A stretch of DNA of 64,000 bases from Omnitrophica WOR_2 bacterium GWF2_43_52 (GCA_001805445.1 MHGF01000028.1:73651-137650); one strand, 5' to 3'. Positions 45,277-55,891 are shown, counted from the first letter of the stretch. Numbers and translations: made by a program. The notes: generated by a model not told the origin, from the letters alone.

Positions 45277-48200
45277 TTAATTATAGAGCATATCCGGCGC
45301 AAGCAAGGCGCGACGAAGCTCAGGGCTGCTTTCTTTGCCCGCAAGCTCCTCAAGCCTGCAGGCATCACTGAGAGTAATGATGATATCCTGAAGCCTTCCC
45401 TGCAATTCATCCCTCTGATAGCAGGCCGCGATAAACTCAAGGATGCGTAAACCATTGGGGATAATCCCTGCCTTCATGGTTGCCTGAATCTGGCTGAACT
45501 CATTATCAAGGTCTATCAGCTCTGCGTCGCGTAGTACGGGCAAATCTAGATTCAATCCCGCAAAACTCCCCCTTCGCTCAAGCGTAGTGGCGTCATTCAT
45601 TATTGTATCCCTAAAGTCCAATCCGCCGCGCTTTTCTCCACGAAAAGAGGTTTCTGTATCCAACGATAGAGCGCTTGAACTCTCCGCGAAGGCACTCGCT
45701 GCGATACTCGCAAAGCCTAGACTAAAACTAATTATTGTATATTTTTCTCTCGGCAGCTCATATCCTGTGTCCCTACCGAGGAAAATCCTTGTAATCCGTA
45801 TAGCCTCCCTTAAAAAATCCACTTTAAAGCTTAAGGCTTCCTTGGAAATATGCTCCTTGAGCCATTCCTCCTCTTCAGGGCGGAAATAGTTTCCTTCTTT
45901 TATTTTTTCAAAGAAATGTTCAAGCCTGTCATTATTCTGCGTAAGCTCTTGCTCCACTTTCTCGTCAAGCTCTAGTTCCACCTTAAGAGCCATTACAGAA
46001 AAATATTCTTTCATTACTTTGAGCAAAAATTCATCCCTTTCTTGCATCTGAACATCTTTTTCTATTTCTTCACTCTTCATTTCCTTGACCCAAGAGGCTA
46101 AAAAGTCCCCTCTCGTATTTCTGCCATCAACAGACGTTAAACCATCAACTAAACTGATAATAGCTTTATTCTCCGCGTAGCGCGCGTTATCAGCAAGCTT
46201 TTCAGTTATCACTTGTTTTAACGCGTCAACCATTATAAATCCTGCTTTTTCTCCGTACGCGCCCAAAACATCAATAATCACATCTTTCTGGCATTTAAGA
46301 AGCGGCGGGGCTACCGATAGATAAGGAGCGGATAAGATTTCAGAAACGCCCGTTTTTTTCTGCCAATTTTTTACTATAGCTTCGGCTTGGACATACTCTA
46401 CACGTATCAACTCGCCTTTCTTTTCTAGCCTTTTCTTACCCAATAATTCATTCAACCAATTGAGTACGTCGTTATTTTTTGAGGTATACTCACTATTTAT
46501 TATTACAGGCTCTTTGTCCTTAGCAGCTTCTAATAGCTCGCTCATCCCGGCAATTATTAACGCCTTATTTATATCCAATGTTTTTCCATTGACATTAGTA
46601 ATTATTCGCGCTTTCTTCTCTAAAACAAGCACCCCCACTACTCTATCCCCTGCCCCTAAGGCAATACGTATCCTGTCCGATTTTTCACCCGATAGATAAG
46701 CTACGGTAACTTCCCGATTATCAAATGTGTAAAGCTCAACAGGCCTTTCCAATGTCGTAAGGACAAAATTCATAGCATTCTCGGCAGAGGCATAATGAAA
46801 TTTATACGGCCTTTTGTGAATAGGTACCGATAAAGTCCTCCAGGTCAGCGGTGAGGCGGAATAGGCTTTCAGTGGCGACGATACCTGGGATTGTTCCCAA
46901 TAATACCTTATCACCTTCAGCATCCCCTCTTTTACTTTCCTCGTTTCTGGAGTGCCGATAACTATACCAACCTTAGGCCAATCAAACCGGGCATCCTTAA
47001 AAAATTCCATAAAACTCCCCAGCGGTTCAAGCCCCGTCTCTTTATTCTCGGCTTTCCAATTCATCCCTATAGTTAAAATTTTATTCTTCTTCGCTCCTTG
47101 TCTAAGTGCCGCCTCTACAAAGGGAGTAAGTGCCACAACTGTTTTCGCGGACTTACCCAAAATCGCCCCATCTACAGAAGACAGGCCAAGTATCTCATCA
47201 GCATTCTGCGCGGTTAAGCCTCCTACAAAATAAACATCAAGATCAATGTGCAAGGCTTTCTTGAGTGCGTTTTTTATGACGGAATGCTCTTTTTCAATCT
47301 GCTCTCTTTCACGAACCTTTTCTTTAGGCAATTCGCGCGGTTCATAGGCAATCCTTAAGCCAATGGCACCTGCGTCCTCTGCCGTTATCCCTTCTAGAAT
47401 TTCCGCTATATCTTTCTCAAGAATCTCATTAGTCTTTCCTTGTTCCCTCTGCCAGGATACTTCACCAAGAAAAAGAATAGTTCGCTTTATCGGATGGTTC
47501 TTCGCAAAAATAACAGTTTTCTTCAACTGTAGATTCGTTATTGTGTTTGCAACATAACGGGCCTTAGCTGCCAAGCTTATAGCATTGAGGCCTACATAAG
47601 TATTGCTCTTAAGAGAAAGGCTTTCAATCCCTTCAAGATTTACCCCTTCTGCTTCTAACGTTTTTCTCCATTTTTCATCTCTTTTTGCTTCAGTTTTATA
47701 TTCCGGATTATTGAATATATTACCCAAAGCGTTTTCAATCCTTTCCTCAATCTCTTTTCTCCATTCCGGATGATTAGCAATGATCCCGTCTAATAAACTG
47801 GCATTGCCAATATTAGTCCGCCCAGTACGCGATCCCTCTGGAAGTGATATAGTATTAGCCACGACAAGAAAATTATCCCTTATTCCGAGCGGCAAGGCAG
47901 AGGGCTTCCTCCCTAACGCCTTATTTTTGACATCAACGCCTTCAAGCTCCTGAAGCGCTGACTTTGTTCCATCTGCGGCTGTTCCCTTCAGGACAAACGC
48001 GCGAATCTCTTCAGAAAGGCGAATGAATCTAAATCCCAATTCAACATCGTGCAATGTATTCTGAGCTATTGAGCTTAATTTATTTGCCGCGGAAACAAAA
48101 TCATTGTTATAGAAATATCCTTTCAGTTCTCTTTTATCTTCTTCGTCTAAATAATTCTTACGCTCTAATTGGGCAACAAACCTATTTATTTCGCTTTCAT

Positions 48201-49779
48201 AGCGGGCCATACGCAATAACCATACGCGTATCTTTTCCCATTTTGCTTTATCATCATCGTTGATACGCGGAAGTATAATAGTTTGTTGAATTAAATTGCT
48301 GAGATAATTACAAGATATTATTTCCCCCGCCTCTTCTCTTTCCTTTATATCCCACGCGTATCTTACACCGAGATTCCTTATTTCAACTTTTATCTCATCC
48401 ATGGTCAATGGCGAAGCGGCCAAGGCTAAAGATTCTTCTGTAGTAATGTGTGGGTCAATAATTTGCAAATTACTATCAAAGGCTGCTACATTGTCCCTCT
48501 TTACAAGCCACTGAGTAACCTCTGGATTTACTCCTCTGTACCCTCCACCGGTCAGTGGACTTGAGTTGCCCACAGCGCGATGAGTAGACGTAAAAATATT
48601 TTCTATCCCCTCCAAAGTAAGCCCTCCGCTGGTATAGTTCCGGACACTATGACCGTAAGGCGTATACACAGAATCCTTGATAGTGTACTCACCTTTATTA
48701 AAAGAATTCTTGTATTGATTAAAGTAGGTGGTTTTATCCCAGTTCTCTTTGGAGGTGAGGTTAGTGAGATTACGTGAATCTATAAGCTTACTATAGTCTG
48801 GTGTGCCGGTAAGCGGGTTAACCGGTTCACTGACTGACCCGTTCACTGGCGGTTCACCAAAACGAGCCTTAAACCATCGTGAGAGTATCAGCGAATAATA
48901 CACCTGTCGTAGTTTTGCGTACCGTTGGCTTGAGTTTACTTCTCTGGTAAGTTTGGGAATTATGCTTTCCCTGATAAGCTGAGTAGAATATTCATTAAGT
49001 TCTTTGAGCCTTTTGTCATTAAAATTATACTGGTGACTGGCGACAGGAGACTGGAGACTTTCTTTCAAATAGTCTTCTTCCAGCAATACCTTAAGCGTTG
49101 CCTTATACACATACGCAGAATCATCTGTCTCTCTAACGATAATTTCATTGGGCACTATCCATGGGCGGGTTAAGGTGGGGATGGTAATATTCTCAGAACC
49201 AAATAATTCCCCTGCCTTTTTATAGAGCTTATCCCAGTAAGCCTTGCCTTCCGGGGTTTGTGGTGAGGTAAGGCTTGCGGTATCCTTCTTAAGCTGTAAA
49301 TCTGCCTCTAAGAATACCTTGCCTATATCAGTCATCTCTAACTCTGGGTCTATGATATTCTCAGGGGCATCCGGCCTTAGGTTTACCCAAAAGGTATCAT
49401 TCGGTAGGGTTACTCCTATCAGAAAGTATCTCATTAACTCCTGAGCAGTTTCCTTGAGTACACTATCTTCCTTTTCTGGTGACGTGCCTGCCCCGACCGA
49501 AGCGTCGGGGGTGACCTGGTGACCTGGTGACGTGGTGACCTGGTGACCTGGTGACCTTTCATAGTCTCCCTTGTCTAAGAGTATCTTATAGCTGTTATTC
49601 AGGCTGTCATAGGAGAAATATCGTAAGTGCACAGGCCGAAAGATATCAGGCTTAACAAGAGTAGTATGCAACTGGCTCAGATAGCTTGAAAGGTTAAGTT
49701 CTCCTGCGGCATAGATAACCCCGCCCTGGTTAAACAGCAAGCCGATAGCTACTACTATTGAGATTACCCTACGTAACAT
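45277..49779 (-). CDS. Giant (1500 aa) secreted protein containing a degenerate triosephosphate-isomerase-like barrel segment; otherwise unknown
   Basis: Signal peptide; segment RTILFLGEVSWQREQGKTNE...IAYEP...VYFVGGLTAQNADEILGLSSVDGAILGKSAK aligns with TIM beta5-beta8; followed by ILTIGMNWKAEN (GNWK-type motif) and VGIVIGTPE. Confidence 0.65.
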   Translation of the reverse strand: MLRRVISIVVAIGLLFNQGGVIYAAGELNLSSYLSQLHTTLVKPDIFRPVHLRYFSYDSLNNSYKILLDKGDYERSPGHQVTTSPGHQVTPDASVGAGTSPEKEDSVLKETAQELMRYFLIGVTLPNDTFWVNLRPDAPENIIDPELEMTDIGKVFLEADLQLKKDTASLTSPQTPEGKAYWDKLYKKAGELFGSENITIPTLTRPWIVPNEIIVRETDDSAYVYKATLKVLLEEDYLKESLQSPVASHQYNFNDKRLKELNEYSTQLIRESIIPKLTREVNSSQRYAKLRQVYYSLILSRWFKARFGEPPVNGSVSEPVNPLTGTPDYSKLIDSRNLTNLTSKENWDKTTYFNQYKNSFNKGEYTIKDSVYTPYGHSVRNYTSGGLTLEGIENIFTSTHRAVGNSSPLTGGGYRGVNPEVTQWLVKRDNVAAFDSNLQIIDPHITTEESLALAASPLTMDEIKVEIRNLGVRYAWDIKEREEAGEIISCNYLSNLIQQTIILPRINDDDKAKWEKIRVWLLRMARYESEINRFVAQLERKNYLDEEDKRELKGYFYNNDFVSAANKLSSIAQNTLHDVELGFRFIRLSEEIRAFVLKGTAADGTKSALQELEGVDVKNKALGRKPSALPLGIRDNFLVVANTISLPEGSRTGRTNIGNASLLDGIIANHPEWRKEIEERIENALGNIFNNPEYKTEAKRDEKWRKTLEAEGVNLEGIESLSLKSNTYVGLNAISLAAKARYVANTITNLQLKKTVIFAKNHPIKRTILFLGEVSWQREQGKTNEILEKDIAEILEGITAEDAGAIGLRIAYEPRELPKEKVREREQIEKEHSVIKNALKKALHIDLDVYFVGGLTAQNADEILGLSSVDGAILGKSAKTVVALTPFVEAALRQGAKKNKILTIGMNWKAENKETGLEPLGSFMEFFKDARFDWPKVGIVIGTPETRKVKEGMLKVIRYYWEQSQVSSPLKAYSASPLTWRTLSVPIHKRPYKFHYASAENAMNFVLTTLERPVELYTFDNREVTVAYLSGEKSDRIRIALGAGDRVVGVLVLEKKARIITNVNGKTLDINKALIIAGMSELLEAAKDKEPVIINSEYTSKNNDVLNWLNELLGKKRLEKKGELIRVEYVQAEAIVKNWQKKTGVSEILSAPYLSVAPPLLKCQKDVIIDVLGAYGEKAGFIMVDALKQVITEKLADNARYAENKAIISLVDGLTSVDGRNTRGDFLASWVKEMKSEEIEKDVQMQERDEFLLKVMKEYFSVMALKVELELDEKVEQELTQNNDRLEHFFEKIKEGNYFRPEEEEWLKEHISKEALSFKVDFLREAIRITRIFLGRDTGYELPREKYTIISFSLGFASIAASAFAESSSALSLDTETSFRGEKRGGLDFRDTIMNDATTLERRGSFAGLNLDLPVLRDAELIDLDNEFSQIQATMKAGIIPNGLRILEFIAACYQRDELQGRLQDIIITLSDACRLEELAGKESSPELRRALLAPDMLYN
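49509..49556. repeat. Octamer tandem repeat GGTGACCT x6 (one GGTGACGT) inside the giant ORF (encodes SPGHQVTT SPGHQVTP)
   Basis: Seen directly; seventh degenerate unit at 49477-49486 across a CCCCGAC-CGAAG-GTCGGGG hairpin. Confidence 0.8.
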
Positions 49780-49813
49780 CCTAAAACCTCCTCAAAAAAC
49801 CCCCCTCACCAAA

Positions 49814-49872
49814 TTCAACCTCGTAGGTTGAATAAATTTACCGTCGAGGAAAAAATTCAACCTCGTAGGTTG
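49814..49872. promoter_or_regulatory. Two direct copies of TTCAACC-TCGTA-GGTTG(AA), 35-93 nt upstream of the giant ORF start; candidate operator pair
   Basis: 49814-49832 and 49856-49872 seen directly; same arms as 16190-16227 upstream of acsC. Confidence 0.6.
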
Positions 49873-49892
49873 TTTGGGTTTTGGTATAGACA

Positions 49893-49932
49893 AATAAAAA
49901 AATGCCGGGCTGACCTTTTTTGTCAATCCGGC
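49893..49932 (-). terminator. Intrinsic terminator for aroA (hairpin GCCGGGCTGAC-N7-GTCAATCCGGC then U-run on minus strand)
   Basis: Seen directly downstream of aroA stop. Confidence 0.6.
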
Positions 49933-50036
49933 ATTATATATTACTTAGTTGCTAATATACCTCCATACACTAGCAACATATATAAGCTAATTGTTAAGAG
50001 AAACTTAACAAAAGTATACCATAAAAAGTTACCTTA

Positions 50037-51341
50037 TCAAATAGATCTTTTTCTTAACATCTTAGCGCCCAAGGACTTCATATCTACGACAAAATCAGGA
50101 TAGGATTTGCCAATAGCCTCGGCATTCCTAATTTTGAGCCCCCCTATCCGTAAGCCCGCAACAGCTAAAGACATTGCGATACGGTGGTCGTTACAGGAAG
50201 AAACTACCGCAGGATGCAAAACCGACTCCCGAATTGTTACACTATCCCTGCCTGCTTCAATGCGAGCGCCTAATTTCCTCAATTCATTAACAGGGGTTAA
50301 AATTCGGTTACTTTCTTTATGCGCTAAATGGCCGATATTACGAATTTTTGTCTTACCTTTAGCAAAACAGGCTGCCACAGCAAGAATAGGGACTAAATCC
50401 GGTGTATCCGAACAATCAATATCCCTGCCTTTTAATTCAAAGGGGCCATTGATATAAACTCTATCGCCCCTATGCCTTATTTTCGCGCCCATACTGTTTA
50501 AGATATCAATAATTTTTCTATCTCCCTGTTTATCTTTGCGCATACCGGTAATCACCACATCTGAAACAATTAAACACGCGGCTACCATCAAAAAGGCGGC
50601 CGAAGAATAATCTCCTCCGACTGCAAGGTTATCCTTGAATCTAAAGTGCTGTCCTGCCTTAATATAAAAACGACGGTAGCCCTGTGTTTGCACCGTGATC
50701 CCTGCCTGACGCAATACATCTAAGGTAACGTCTATGTAAGGCTTAGAAACCACCTTATCCTTAACAACGATGGTAACATCTTTCTTAGCCAAAGGAGCAA
50801 CCTGTAACAGTGAAGAAACGGTCTGTGAGCTGATCTGCGCGCTCACCGCGACTTTTCCTCCCTTAAGTTCGCCTTTTCCTACTATAACAATAGGGAGACG
50901 AAACTCCTCATCTTTACCTTTAAGAGTAACCCCTGATAACAATAACGCTTCAGCAATAGGTTTATTGGTCCTCTTTAATAGGGTGCCTCGCCCCTCAATA
51001 CGACACTTGCCTGCTCCTAAAGCGATAAGTGGAAGGATTAACCGCAAGAGAGTTCCTGATTCCCCGACGTTTATCCTTGCCCCCTTAATATGAGGCTTAC
51101 CCTTAAATCCTTTTACCACAATCCCATCGTCGCGCTTTTCAATAACCGCGCCTAATTTCTTCAGGCATTGTATCGCCGCCAGGGTATCTTCGGAATAAAG
51201 AGGGTTACGAATCTTTACTTCGCCGTTTAATCCCGCGCACAAGAGAGCCCGGATAGTATAGGATTTTGAAGCCGGAGCCTTCACCTGCCCCTTTAAAGAT
51301 TGAGTTTTTTCCACGCTAAGGTCAAATTGTTTCATATGCAT
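50037..51341 (-). CDS. aroA: 3-phosphoshikimate 1-carboxyvinyltransferase (EPSP synthase)
   Basis: KSYTIRALL..., 434 aa. Confidence 0.95.
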   Translation of the reverse strand: MHMKQFDLSVEKTQSLKGQVKAPASKSYTIRALLCAGLNGEVKIRNPLYSEDTLAAIQCLKKLGAVIEKRDDGIVVKGFKGKPHIKGARINVGESGTLLRLILPLIALGAGKCRIEGRGTLLKRTNKPIAEALLLSGVTLKGKDEEFRLPIVIVGKGELKGGKVAVSAQISSQTVSSLLQVAPLAKKDVTIVVKDKVVSKPYIDVTLDVLRQAGITVQTQGYRRFYIKAGQHFRFKDNLAVGGDYSSAAFLMVAACLIVSDVVITGMRKDKQGDRKIIDILNSMGAKIRHRGDRVYINGPFELKGRDIDCSDTPDLVPILAVAACFAKGKTKIRNIGHLAHKESNRILTPVNELRKLGARIEAGRDSVTIRESVLHPAVVSSCNDHRIAMSLAVAGLRIGGLKIRNAEAIGKSYPDFVVDMKSLGAKMLRKRSI

Positions 51342-51365
51342 AGGTTCATACCTAAGGCTCTTCGT

Positions 51366-52058
51366 TTATGACGGTTCAGGGGAACGAGCGTCTTTAGTCT
51401 CTGTGCCGGTTTCCTCTTCTCCAGGAGCTTCCTGCCGCTTTATTCTTTCCTTAAGCTCATCGTATTCTTTTTTGGAAACCCACTCAGTATGGTCGTTCTT
51501 TTTCTTTAACTCCGCGACAAGTTGAGCCTGAGCCTTTGACTCCTGCTTATAAGCGGCGTTCTGCGCTTCAAGGATCCGAAGACGCTCTGAATTTTCACGG
51601 TTTAAAGTATCCGCAATCTCATATTTCTGCTTATACTCAAGCGCGTCTTTTTTAAGGATGAGGTTTGAGGAAAACTCTTTTTCATACTCCTGGTCCTTCT
51701 TCACCAGTTTTTCCTTAAGCTCGGCAAGTTCTTTTTTCACGGCTTCTTCCTGGGTTTTTTCCTTTTCCATCCAACTTTTTATTTTCTCTAGCTCCGCGAG
51801 GCTTAAGGCTTCACTCTTTTTGGTACTGGCAAGTTCTTCTTCAAGTTTCTGATAATCCTCCTTAAGTTTCTTCAATTTGGCACTGAGTTTATCTATCTGG
51901 CCTTCCTCTGGAACAACCGCCTGCTGGGGTTCCTTAAAAACAGGCTCAAGCGATAATGGCTTAGGGTTATGCCGCGGGGCTTCGCCATCCTTTACGGTAA
52001 AAAGTATAACGCCTAACACACAGGCTAAAAAAACAAAGGCTAACAGTAATAACGGCAT
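51366..52058 (-). CDS. Membrane-anchored coiled-coil protein (Lys/Glu-rich)
   Basis: N-terminal TM helix then heptad-rich KEE repeats. Confidence 0.5.
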   Translation of the reverse strand: MPLLLLAFVFLACVLGVILFTVKDGEAPRHNPKPLSLEPVFKEPQQAVVPEEGQIDKLSAKLKKLKEDYQKLEEELASTKKSEALSLAELEKIKSWMEKEKTQEEAVKKELAELKEKLVKKDQEYEKEFSSNLILKKDALEYKQKYEIADTLNRENSERLRILEAQNAAYKQESKAQAQLVAELKKKNDHTEWVSKKEYDELKERIKRQEAPGEEETGTETKDARSPEPS

Positions 52059-52061
52059 TTT

Positions 52062-52826
52062 TTAACGGCTGTATTCCTTCATAAGAAGGGTGTACCCCAG
52101 GGCTCCGGCGCCCATTATCTTTAAGGGAATCTTACGCTCATCGGCGCTTATCCAAATTTCAAACCTCTCTGGGACACTGGTAAAATGATAGGCCTTAAAT
52201 GTGCCCGCGGGAACTTTTACATCCTCTATCGAAGCCAGCGTGATTTCAAACTGCTGATTCGGAAGATTAGCGCGCATGCTCCAGCCTACGCTAAGGCCAT
52301 CCATACGCCGCACAGAAAAGGGGAGTAAAATCGCGTTCTGGATGGGGCCGTCCTTTTTGATTACCTGCGTCTGTGTCGTCTTCCCTTTCTTTTTAACAAT
52401 GGTAAGCGTAAAATTTTTCTGGTCATACTCTTCGCTGATATTTTCCGGATTGGGCCATGTCGATATAGAACGCTCAACCTTAAGAGGAAAAAAACTTCGG
52501 GAATCGCTGTAAATTGCCTCTCTATCTCTAAAGCGCACTAATCGTGTCTCAAAGGTCATGAGGCTTACCATGGTGCCATGAAGCTCGGTTTTAGGCAAAT
52601 GTGTGTAATAAGCAGCCCCTAACGATACCTTGCCTAATTTGACCGTGTACACTATTTTTTCCCCTACAGGCTCAACCGGCTCTGGCGGCCCCATCTTCTT
52701 TACCAACGCCTTATCAATCCGAGGGAAAGCCTTGGGAGAGACGATTATCTTTTGCTCTTCAAATCTCAACCATACCGCAAGAAGAATGGTAAGAAGAAGC
52801 AAAAAAGGAAATAGTATTTTTCTCAT
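52062..52826 (-). CDS. Secreted hypothetical protein (DUF3108-like beta protein)
   Basis: Signal peptide; size and pattern only. Confidence 0.45.
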   Translation of the reverse strand: MRKILFPFLLLLTILLAVWLRFEEQKIIVSPKAFPRIDKALVKKMGPPEPVEPVGEKIVYTVKLGKVSLGAAYYTHLPKTELHGTMVSLMTFETRLVRFRDREAIYSDSRSFFPLKVERSISTWPNPENISEEYDQKNFTLTIVKKKGKTTQTQVIKKDGPIQNAILLPFSVRRMDGLSVGWSMRANLPNQQFEITLASIEDVKVPAGTFKAYHFTSVPERFEIWISADERKIPLKIMGAGALGYTLLMKEYSR

Positions 52827-52870
52827 AAGGAATCTACTGAATTTCGTATTAGAAAATGCGGCATCCGGGA

Positions 52871-53422
52871 TTATATGCTATTGACGATAACATGGGAAAA
52901 AACAGAAATATCCTCCATGGTATAGAGTTTAGATAAATTTTTATCAAAGAGAACTGTTGCCTCAGAAGGAAATTCTTCATCCGCCTTCCAGACAATGATC
53001 CTTACTCTAATATCGGGAAAAGTCACTAACTCTATTGCCGTATCGGAAGCGTCTATTCTATTCCCGGAGAAACGCTCCAGCACGCTCAAGAGCCCCTCGG
53101 GAGTTCTGCCGTATTTCTTCAAAAGATGGGCTATCACTCCTTCTTTGTACGCGGGGTAATAAATCTCACCGCCTTCAATATCCTTAAAAGAAACCCACTC
53201 CCCGCACGGAGCATACTTATTCTCCAATGACCCAACCAAATAGTGTAAAATAAGTATGACCAGATACTCCTTGGCGGGAATATTGCAGGAATTAGAAAGC
53301 ACCAATTTTTCCTTGCGGTTTACCTCATAGGTGTCACCTAAGAGCGAGACGCTATAAGAAGGCGCGTCTGCTATTTTCTCTAAATCTTCCCATGCTTTTT
53401 TTAAGGCAGCATCGTAACTCAT
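52871..53422 (-). CDS. Hypothetical cytoplasmic protein
   Basis: 183 aa ORF with no recognisable motif. Confidence 0.45.
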   Translation of the reverse strand: MSYDAALKKAWEDLEKIADAPSYSVSLLGDTYEVNRKEKLVLSNSCNIPAKEYLVILILHYLVGSLENKYAPCGEWVSFKDIEGGEIYYPAYKEGVIAHLLKKYGRTPEGLLSVLERFSGNRIDASDTAIELVTFPDIRVRIIVWKADEEFPSEATVLFDKNLSKLYTMEDISVFSHVIVNSI

Positions 53423-54166
53423 CTATTCCTCCTTCAAAGCTGTAACGTTGCTTTTTATGCCACAGACATTCTTCAAATGTTTTATTTCCTGAGCGCTCAG
53501 CAGGCGCCATTTTCCCTGAGAAAGTTCACCCAGCCTCAAAGGGCCATACTGGACGCGTTTTAATCGGCTAACCTTATACCCTAAGGCAGCAAGCATCAGG
53601 CGAATCTGCCGCTTCCTTCCTTCATGAATAGTCATGGTAAAACGGCTTTGCTTGGGCCTAGCATATACCAGCTCAACTTTTGCCGGTTGTGTACGCCTGC
53701 CGTCAATAAGAAGCCCGTGCTCTAAACGCAGGATGCTCTCCTTATCTATACACCCATTAATCTCCACAAGGTATACCTTATCAACTTTAAAGCTCGGATG
53801 CAGTAACCTGTGGGTAAGCTCGCCGTCGTTAGTAAAAAGAAGCAGCCCTTCAGAATCCTTGTCTAATCTGCCTACAGGATACAGATGGCGGTAGGCAGAA
53901 GGCAATAAATCAATGACGATATGCCGCGCATGGCTATCCTCAAGCGTCGTAACAAAACCAGCAGGTTTATGCAACATCAGATAGCTTTTCTCTTTTAATC
54001 CTATTCTCGTTGTATCTAAAAAAACCTCATCTTTTTCGGCATCAACATCGTATGAGGGTTCTCGCACAATCGTAGCGTTAACCCTCACATGGCCTTCCTG
54101 TACTAACACAAGCGCTCGCCTGCGCGAGCAGACCCTGCTATGGGATAAAAACACCTGTAAGCGCAT
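53423..54166 (-). CDS. Pseudouridine synthase, RsuA/RluB/RluF family (S4 domain)
   Basis: S4 domain then VGRLDKDSEGLLLFTNDG catalytic Asp motif. Confidence 0.8.
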   Translation of the reverse strand: MRLQVFLSHSRVCSRRRALVLVQEGHVRVNATIVREPSYDVDAEKDEVFLDTTRIGLKEKSYLMLHKPAGFVTTLEDSHARHIVIDLLPSAYRHLYPVGRLDKDSEGLLLFTNDGELTHRLLHPSFKVDKVYLVEINGCIDKESILRLEHGLLIDGRRTQPAKVELVYARPKQSRFTMTIHEGRKRQIRLMLAALGYKVSRLKRVQYGPLRLGELSQGKWRLLSAQEIKHLKNVCGIKSNVTALKEE

Positions 54167-54960
54167 TATATGTTTCTTTGCCGCACTGCTTCATAAAGCA
54201 CTATAGCTGCTGATGCCGAGACATTCAGCGAATCGGCCTCACCCGCCATAGGAATACTCACCCGGTAATCAGCATTATCCTTCCAGAGAGAGCTCAAGCC
54301 TTTATCTTCGCTCCCGAGCACTATAGCAAAGGGCTTCTTAAAATCAATATCCGTATATACTGTTTCTGCCTCAATGAGAGCCGCGATTATTTTGATATTA
54401 TTTTTTTTCAACCAGCGCAATGCCTCTTCTGATGACGTATTCACCACCGGGATAGTAAATACCGCCCCTCTGCTTGAACGCACGGCGTTGGGATTATACG
54501 TATCAGTAACGCTATCTGCCGCGATAACCATGTCCGCGCCCGCGCCATCGGCAGTCCTGACAAGCGCTCCGAGGTTACCGGGTTTTTCGATATGCTCCGC
54601 GATAACAACAAAGGGAACTGCTTTACATCGTGTCTCCGACAGGTTCAGGTGTGGTCTTTTGGCAACCGCAAGCAGTCCTTCCCGCCGATTGCCATAGGCA
54701 ATTTTCTCATACACTTGTTTACTTACCTCAAAGATAGCTACCTTTGTATTCCTTATCCTGGCAAGCAATTGGCCATGAATATCGTTGCCGAGGAATTCAG
54801 GGCAAAAATAAAACGACGTAATAGCAATACCGGCCTCTAAGGCAAGAGAAAGCTCTCTACATCCTTCAATGATAAAAAACCCTGAAGCACGCCTCGCTAC
54901 GGATTCGCGCAGGTTCTTTACTTCTTTAATTCTGGGATTATTAATGCTGGTAAGTATCAT
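54166..54960 (-). CDS. rlmB: TrmH/SpoU-family RNA 2'-O-methyltransferase (RlmB-like)
   Basis: SPOUT motifs (IIEGCRELSLALEAG; FVVIAEHIEKPGNLGALVR; LGSEDKGLS). Confidence 0.7.
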   Translation of the reverse strand: MILTSINNPRIKEVKNLRESVARRASGFFIIEGCRELSLALEAGIAITSFYFCPEFLGNDIHGQLLARIRNTKVAIFEVSKQVYEKIAYGNRREGLLAVAKRPHLNLSETRCKAVPFVVIAEHIEKPGNLGALVRTADGAGADMVIAADSVTDTYNPNAVRSSRGAVFTIPVVNTSSEEALRWLKKNNIKIIAALIEAETVYTDIDFKKPFAIVLGSEDKGLSSLWKDNADYRVSIPMAGEADSLNVSASAAIVLYEAVRQRNI

Positions 54961-54991
54961 GATAAAGCGCTCTATGGATACACTGCAGCTA

Positions 54992-55891
54992 TCACAAAAT
55001 CAAATTATTTCGGTAGGCAGCAAATCGGCTGTTAATCTCTTTCAACGTTAAGCCAGATGTCCTTTCCAAGCCAAAACCTTCTACATTATAGGAAGCAATG
55101 ACCGTGCCATAGCCGACAGCCTTTTTGATTGTCTTCTTATTCACTGCTTGCGCCTTGGCCAGATACCCCATAAAACCTCCGGCAAATGAATCGCCCGCGC
55201 CTGTAGGATCAACCAATTTTCTCACCGGATACGCGGGCAGGGAAAAGCTTAACTCATCCGAATAAAATAAAACTCCGTGCTCGCCTTTTTTAATCACGAT
55301 CATTTTAGGCCCAAGCTTACGCAAGGCAACCGCGGCCTCAAAAAGGCTATGCTTCGCGGAGAGTTCCTTTGCCTCGGCATCATTGGCTACAAAAATATCC
55401 ACTCTCTTAAGAAGCTTAAGCAGGCTTTTCTGTTTATGCTTAATCCAATAATTCATACTGTCTAATGCCACCAGCTTAGGTGAATGTATGGAATCTAAAA
55501 GTTTTGCTTGTATATCGGGGTCAACGTTCGCGAGAAAAATATATTTCATCTTTTTCTGCTCATCGGTAATTTCCGGATGAAAAGCCGACAAAACCCCAAG
55601 TTCCGTATTTAAGGTAAGCGCGGCATTCATATCGCCATGATATTCACCCTCCCAACGGAAAGTCCGGCCTGATTCTTTTTTTAATGAAGCAGTAACAATC
55701 CCCTTTCTTCTCAAAAAGTCAATGTGCTCGGAGGGAAAATCTTCTCCTACCACTGCTACTAAATTGACAGGGATAAAAAAACGCGCTGCCATAGAAAAAT
55801 GCGCGGCTGAACCCCCAAGCATATTCGTTTTCTTCCCATGCGGAGTCTTCACGGTATCTAACGCTACTGTCCCTAACACAATTAAACTCAT
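54992..55891 (-). CDS. PfkB-family carbohydrate/nucleoside kinase
   Basis: DPTGAGDSFAGGF ribokinase signature. Confidence 0.8.
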   Translation of the reverse strand: MSLIVLGTVALDTVKTPHGKKTNMLGGSAAHFSMAARFFIPVNLVAVVGEDFPSEHIDFLRRKGIVTASLKKESGRTFRWEGEYHGDMNAALTLNTELGVLSAFHPEITDEQKKMKYIFLANVDPDIQAKLLDSIHSPKLVALDSMNYWIKHKQKSLLKLLKRVDIFVANDAEAKELSAKHSLFEAAVALRKLGPKMIVIKKGEHGVLFYSDELSFSLPAYPVRKLVDPTGAGDSFAGGFMGYLAKAQAVNKKTIKKAVGYGTVIASYNVEGFGLERTSGLTLKEINSRFAAYRNNLIL

